From an uncultured Pelagibacteraceae bacterium (GTDB lineage Bacteria > Pseudomonadota > Alphaproteobacteria > Pelagibacterales > Pelagibacteraceae), in assembly GCA_902582165.1 (NCBI GenBank), contig CACHQZ010000003.1, forward strand, positions 19,816 through 83,815: 64,000 nucleotides of DNA, written 5' to 3'. Positions within the stretch are counted from its first letter, which is position 1. Every line of letters begins with the position of its first letter. The position numbers and the translations under genes are program-made. The notes below the pieces were generated by a model. The model was not told the DNA's origin, made no database searches, and was given only the letters and a program-made list of their open reading frames with translations. Below are positions 59,630 through 64,000 of the stretch, piece after piece.

Positions 59630-60418
59630 TTAATTCAAAATCGTCATTGGATCTAATTTTATTTCAAACCAATTAAGACGAATATCTAGATGTGGACCTG
59701 TCGCTCTTCCACTTTGACCAAGTGTTCCAACAATTTGTCCTTTTTTAACTTTTTGTCCTTTTTTAACATTTATATCTTTCATATGCATATACAGTGTACT
59801 AATACCATGACCATGATCAAAAATAATTGTTCCTCCAGTAAAATACATATCACTTTCCACCAATGTCACCACTCCATCCATCATTGATTTTACTGGCGTT
59901 CCCTCTGGAGCATGAAAGTCTATTCCGTAATGAGGTCTTCTTGGTTTACCATTTAAAATCCTTTGGCTACCATAAACACCAGTAACAATATATTTATCGA
60001 TAGGATAGATAAATTTATCTTTAAAAAAAATTAACTTACTATCAATCGCCCTAGCTTTTCCAATTAAAATGTTATCTTTTTTAATTCTCTCATATACTTC
60101 TGGTGGAGGTGTTACCTTTTTTGGAGGAAGACCATCAATTCTTTGTATCTTATATTTTCTTTTGAAAACTTTCTTTTCAATTAATTTGGTTTCTTTCTTA
60201 TTTATTACCCTTATTAAGACATTGTTTTTTCTATCTCTATCTAAACCAAATGCAAAATAACCATCATTTGAAACTCTTACTTTTCTATCGTCTATAAAAA
60301 CTTTTGAATTGGGATCTGTTTTTCCTAAGATAAAAGAACCTTGTTTGAAATTCCCTAAAAATTCAACCGCGTGAGAAATATTAAATATTAATAAAAAAAA
60401 TATTATAAATTTAATCAT
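59630..60418 (-). CDS. M23 family metallopeptidase
   Basis: HYGID, YMHM, GRATGPHL. Confidence 0.92.
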   Translation of the reverse strand: MIKFIIFFLLIFNISHAVEFLGNFKQGSFILGKTDPNSKVFIDDRKVRVSNDGYFAFGLDRDRKNNVLIRVINKKETKLIEKKVFKRKYKIQRIDGLPPKKVTPPPEVYERIKKDNILIGKARAIDSKLIFFKDKFIYPIDKYIVTGVYGSQRILNGKPRRPHYGIDFHAPEGTPVKSMMDGVVTLVESDMYFTGGTIIFDHGHGISTLYMHMKDINVKKGQKVKKGQIVGTLGQSGRATGPHLDIRLNWFEIKLDPMTILN

Positions 60419-60987
60419 AATAAAATTTGTAAATCTTCATATATCAATTGAACAGCTACAAAAAGAATTGCAATTAATCCAATCCAATTAATCCAAGAAT
60501 ATTTTTTTATGAGTTTTGCAGTATAATTAGCTGCAAAAGCCATTAATAATATTGATAGCCCCAAGCCAAAAGCAAGAAGAGTATAATGATCTCCAGCTGC
60601 ACCAGCTACACCTAAAACGTTGTCTAAACTCATTGTTATATCTGCAAGAATTACTGTAAAAATTGCTTTTTTAATATTTGAGTTATCAACTTTTATATTT
60701 TTTTCTTCAATTCTATTCTGAATTACATCTCTGTAAAGTTTGTAGCAGATATAAAGTAATAAAATCCCACCAATTAATCTTAAACCTGAGATTTGCAACA
60801 AATAAGCTGTAATAAAAGTAAAAAGAATTCTTAAAACAACGGCTCCACCAATGCCCCAGAAAATTATTTTCTTTCTATTTGAATCTTCGAATTTTGAAGC
60901 AACCATACCAATAATAATTGCATTATCTCCTGCTAAGACCAGGTCAATAAGGATGATTTCTATCAATATAATTAGTTGCTCTGTCAT
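60415..60987 (-). CDS. TerC/YjbE family membrane protein
   Basis: DLVLAGDNAIII, ADITMSLDNV. Confidence 0.9.
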   Translation of the reverse strand: MTEQLIILIEIILIDLVLAGDNAIIIGMVASKFEDSNRKKIIFWGIGGAVVLRILFTFITAYLLQISGLRLIGGILLLYICYKLYRDVIQNRIEEKNIKVDNSNIKKAIFTVILADITMSLDNVLGVAGAAGDHYTLLAFGLGLSILLMAFAANYTAKLIKKYSWINWIGLIAILFVAVQLIYEDLQILL

Positions 60988-61009
60988 AATGAAATTTATA
61001 TCTTATTAA

Positions 61010-61771
61010 TTGATGAACTATAAAAATATTAAAGTAGAAAAGCGAGAAAATTACGCAATTATCGAAATTGCTAACAATAAAAATAATAGTTTAGATCAAA
61101 AAACCCTTAATGAAATTGGCGATGCAACCAAAAACTTGAATGAATTAAAAGAAATTAAATGTATAGGTTTAATTGGAGGTTCAAAGTTTTTTTCACCTGG
61201 CGCTGATATTAAAGAGTTAGAAAAACTAGACTCCAAAAAAGCTAAAAAAGAAAAACTTTTTTCTAAAGTTGATGATTTACAAAAAATCAATATTCCTATT
61301 ATTTCATTTGTCGAAGGTTATGCTTTAGGAGGTGGTTTTGAGCTGGCTCTCTCAAGTGATTTAATCATTGCAAGCTCCGAAGCGAAATTTGGTTTGCCTG
61401 AAATCAATTTAGGATTAATTCCAGGTATTGGCGGTACCCAAAAAACAAAAAAATTCACTTCAAATCAAAATGTAAAATATTTAGCGATGTCAGGAGAAAT
61501 TATTGATGCTGAAACTGCAATGAAATATGGGATTGTTTCGCAAATTATTCCTAAAGAAAATTTTAAAGAATTTACTTTAAACTTTTTAAATAAAATTTCA
61601 TCAAAGCCAAAAAAGTCACTTAAAATTATTAAAAATTTAGTTAACTCAGAAGAAAATTTAAAAAAATCACTTAAAAAGGAAAGACAAGAGTTTTACAAAT
61701 TGCTTGATAGTGAAAATAAAAAGATTGGAATAAAAAGTTTTCTCAATAAAACTAAGCCTAATTGGAAATAA
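61010..61771 (+). CDS. Enoyl-CoA hydratase/isomerase family
   Basis: FSPGADI, ALGGGFEL, FGLPE..LGLIPG.GGTQ. Confidence 0.9.
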   Translation: MMNYKNIKVEKRENYAIIEIANNKNNSLDQKTLNEIGDATKNLNELKEIKCIGLIGGSKFFSPGADIKELEKLDSKKAKKEKLFSKVDDLQKINIPIISFVEGYALGGGFELALSSDLIIASSEAKFGLPEINLGLIPGIGGTQKTKKFTSNQNVKYLAMSGEIIDAETAMKYGIVSQIIPKENFKEFTLNFLNKISSKPKKSLKIIKNLVNSEENLKKSLKKERQEFYKLLDSENKKIGIKSFLNKTKPNWK

Positions 61772-61856
61772 ATCATCTTCAAGTTGTAGACAATTTGCAT
61801 ACCTGTAATAATATCTTAACATAGTTAAATTAAATTAGATTAATTAAAATTTACTT

Positions 61857-62240
61857 ATGAAATTTAAATTTATCTTAATTGCAACTCTATTATTTATGGG
61901 CTCAGCGCTAGCTGCAGGACATATATCAAAAGCTCAAAAAGAAAAAACAATAGAGTGCTTAGGACACTATAGTGCTACAGCCGTGTTGCCCGCAGAAACT
62001 ATTGAAGTTAAAAATATGGAATTAGCTTTAGCTTCAGTAAAAGTTATAAGGGAGTATCTTGCATCTGAAGGCGTAAAAGATGATGAAATGAATAAAGGTA
62101 TGAATATTTATGTAGATAAAGTTTACGGCAAGCCTTTTAATAAATCTAAAAATACTGAGTGTAATAAATTTATATATAAGCAAATTAAAGGTTCAGAGGA
62201 AAAAATTGAGAAACTATCCAGAACAATTTATGCAGGATAG
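61857..62240 (+). CDS. Exported hypothetical protein
   Basis: Signal peptide ALA; two Cys; predicted helical. Confidence 0.7.
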   Translation: MKFKFILIATLLFMGSALAAGHISKAQKEKTIECLGHYSATAVLPAETIEVKNMELALASVKVIREYLASEGVKDDEMNKGMNIYVDKVYGKPFNKSKNTECNKFIYKQIKGSEEKIEKLSRTIYAG

Positions 62241-62242
62241 AC

Positions 62243-62530
62243 ATGAGTGGATACGTGATAGCTAATATAGACGTTAAAAATCCTGAAGCTTATAAGGAAT
62301 ACGTTGGTAAGGTGTTACCGACTGTTCAAAAATTCGGAGGTGAATACCTTGTACGTGCCGGCGAGTACAAAGTTATAGATGGTGAGTGGAAATACCCTAG
62401 AACAGTAGTAATTAAATTTCCAACTTATGAAAAAGCTTTAGAGTGGTATGACTCTGAGGAATATAAACCGGTAAAACCAATTCGATTAGCAAATTCAGTT
62501 GCTAATGGAATAATAATTAAAGGAATTTAA
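62243..62530 (+). CDS. DUF1330 family protein
   Basis: YKEY, FGGEYLVRAG, VVIKFP..EKALEWYDSEEY. Confidence 0.9.
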   Translation: MSGYVIANIDVKNPEAYKEYVGKVLPTVQKFGGEYLVRAGEYKVIDGEWKYPRTVVIKFPTYEKALEWYDSEEYKPVKPIRLANSVANGIIIKGI

Positions 62531-62545
62531 ATAAAAGGAAAAAAA

Positions 62546-62836
62546 ATGGAAAAAGAAATGTTAGTACATCTTAAATTTAAAGAGGGCAAATTAGAAACTT
62601 TTACTAGCTGGATGCAATCAGATGAAGGTATGGGCGTTAGAAAGAGTGTTGCTTACCCAGAAAAAACCGTCGGTGCTATGATTCCTGATAAAAGTGGAAT
62701 GTTATTTAAAGTTAATGTTCATAACGAAGCTGGGATGAAAGAGTTTGTAACTGGGAACAATCCTACAGCTAAAGCGATTTATGCAGAATGTGTAGATAGT
62801 GCTCAGTTATATGAGCTATCAAAAATAAATCTATAA
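62546..62836 (+). CDS. Hypothetical 96-aa protein, probable dimeric alpha-beta barrel
   Basis: AAGGA RBS; beta-alpha-beta-beta-alpha-beta-like pattern. Confidence 0.65.
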   Translation: MEKEMLVHLKFKEGKLETFTSWMQSDEGMGVRKSVAYPEKTVGAMIPDKSGMLFKVNVHNEAGMKEFVTGNNPTAKAIYAECVDSAQLYELSKINL

Positions 62837-62846
62837 AGGAGGAAAA

Positions 62847-63134
62847 ATGAAAAACTATATGGTAACGCATACTTTTAAGTCTGCCGAAATGAAAAAAAAA
62901 TTTACTGATACAGTGGCCTCTATGAAAATGGAGGACATTGTTAAGAGCATGAAAAGTGAAAATGCAGCTTGTCAAATGACTTGGAACACGCCAGGAGATA
63001 CAATGGAAATGTATTGTTGGTGGAAAGGAAAAGATGAGCAAGCAATTATTAATCAACTAGGTCAAATGAATGATTTTTTCACTCCTCATAAGTTTGTTGA
63101 GTGCACAGATCAAGTCATGGACTATAACGCATAG
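62847..63134 (+). CDS. Hypothetical 95-aa protein (DUF4242-like alpha-beta barrel)
   Basis: AGGAGG RBS; YMVTHTF, MYCWWKGKDEQAI. Confidence 0.65.
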   Translation: MKNYMVTHTFKSAEMKKKFTDTVASMKMEDIVKSMKSENAACQMTWNTPGDTMEMYCWWKGKDEQAIINQLGQMNDFFTPHKFVECTDQVMDYNA

Positions 63135-63141
63135 GATATTT

Positions 63142-63558
63142 ATGATCGATAAATTTGGAAACGCATTTTATTTAATAATTTTCTTAGCACATTTTATTAT
63201 AGTTGGTAGCTACGCTTACCAATTAGTCTTTGATACTAAAAAATTTCTAAAGGGTAGAGGAGTTGATAAAACTGCTACTTTAATCACACGATTTGCAGGT
63301 TCATTTATGATCGCTACTGTTTTAATGGCAATATATATCGCTTTTATAAGACCAGGTGGTGTAGAGGCTACTTGGGCTTTCTTTAATTTAGTTTTTATAA
63401 TGAATGTTTCAATATTAGTTGTAAACTTTTATACATTAAAAATTGATAAAACAGGTTTAACTAAGAAAACTAGAAATGATGGAATATATGCTCCGCTAAT
63501 ATTAGTTATTATCAGCGCTATTCTTTGCTACGGTTTAGCAGATAAGATTTACGTTTAA
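63142..63558 (+). CDS. Hypothetical four-TM membrane protein
   Basis: Start MIDKFG after AGGA; hydrophobic segments. Confidence 0.7.
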   Translation: MIDKFGNAFYLIIFLAHFIIVGSYAYQLVFDTKKFLKGRGVDKTATLITRFAGSFMIATVLMAIYIAFIRPGGVEATWAFFNLVFIMNVSILVVNFYTLKIDKTGLTKKTRNDGIYAPLILVIISAILCYGLADKIYV

Positions 63559-63566
63559 GGAGTAAA

Positions 63567-63860
63567 ATGCCAAAGTTTATGAATATTGTTAGATGCAAAG
63601 TTAAATCAACTAACAGAGAAGAATACTTGAAAAAAATAGATGAGATGCCAAAGTTCGATGGGCAGATTTCAGCAAAATACGTTGAAACGAAACCTAATGA
63701 ATTTTTTATGATAGGTGAATGGAATTCTGAAGATGATATTGCTAAAGCAAGACCAAAAATGATTGCATTCTTGGATACACTTCGGCACACTTTAGAAGAG
63801 CTGTCATCAGATTTAGGAGTAACAGATCCTCATTCTGGTACAGTTGTAATCGAGAAATAG
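63567..63860 (+). CDS. ABM-like dimeric alpha-beta barrel protein
   Basis: AGGAG RBS; MNIVRCKVK, FFMIGEW, GVTDPHSG. Confidence 0.7.
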   Translation: MPKFMNIVRCKVKSTNREEYLKKIDEMPKFDGQISAKYVETKPNEFFMIGEWNSEDDIAKARPKMIAFLDTLRHTLEELSSDLGVTDPHSGTVVIEK

Positions 63861-63873
63861 GAAAGGGGTAACA

Positions 63874-64000
63874 ATGGCAAAATTTTATACACTTGGATGT
63901 TACACAGCTAAAGGTCTTGGAGGATTTGTAAGTAATCCATCTACTGACAGAAAAGCTGCTACATCTGCACTTGCTGCTTCTGTGGGAGCTAAAGTAACTC
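63874..64000 (+). CDS. GYD-domain-like protein, 3' truncated
   Basis: MAKFYTLGCYTAKGLGGFV..TDRKAA...ASVGAKV after an AAGGGG RBS. Confidence 0.7.
   Translation, partial: MAKFYTLGCYTAKGLGGFVSNPSTDRKAATSALAASVGAKVT

Noticed and set aside
61816-61846. CtrA boxes upstream of the small-protein operon
   Set aside because: The TTAA half-sites are not at a clean N7 spacing and are expected by chance in AT-rich DNA.
2890-63141. Longest-ORF start sites at 2890, 38971, 39032, 41774, 49098, 50136, 54485 and 63070
   Set aside because: Downstream ATGs give proper signal peptides or family N-termini and avoid implausible overlaps.
173-63790. Many antisense or alternative-frame ORFs in the supplied track (e.g. 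173-541, 5642-5902, 22062-22397, 38986-39624, 46268-46729, 50895-51200, 62769-63056)
   Set aside because: They lie wholly or largely over well-supported genes or the riboswitch and show no family motifs, so they are shadow ORFs.
1-64000. Mobile elements, prophage, defence systems, rRNA or tRNA
   Set aside because: No integrase, transposase, phage, nuclease or stable-RNA signatures were recognised.

Overview
This is a very AT-rich, extremely compact alphaproteobacterial chromosome segment. Gene content and style (tandem glycine riboswitch-gcvTHP, amt without glnK, acuI, tiny intergenic gaps) point to SAR11/Pelagibacterales; that assignment is inference. There are about 80 CDS and no tRNA, rRNA, IS, prophage or CRISPR array. 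Main blocks: (1) Liv-type ABC transporter plus azlCD; (2) a passenger-less inverse-autotransporter beta-barrel followed by a secreted protein; (3) glaH plus tctCBA; (4) a cytochrome b561/CopG/cytochrome c' module; (5) acnA-prpD; (6) glycine riboswitch-gcvTHP running directly into a ufaD/ufaO/ufaM-like (furan fatty acid) cassette and Fe-SOD; (7) a roughly 15-kb photo-oxidative stress neighbourhood (TspO, MsrA, two unusual photolyases, DUF2256, DUF393, DUF2237, folE); (8) housekeeping genes; (9) an operon of about 95-aa putative dimeric alpha-beta-barrel proteins running off the right edge. Elements missed by the ORF track include a ~170-nt five-hairpin structured RNA candidate after mnmA, a 27-aa Lys/Arg-rich protein with a perfect SD, several other small ORFs, and a repeat/GANTC/DnaA-box element before a CADD-like gene. 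All family assignments come from motif recognition, not database searches.
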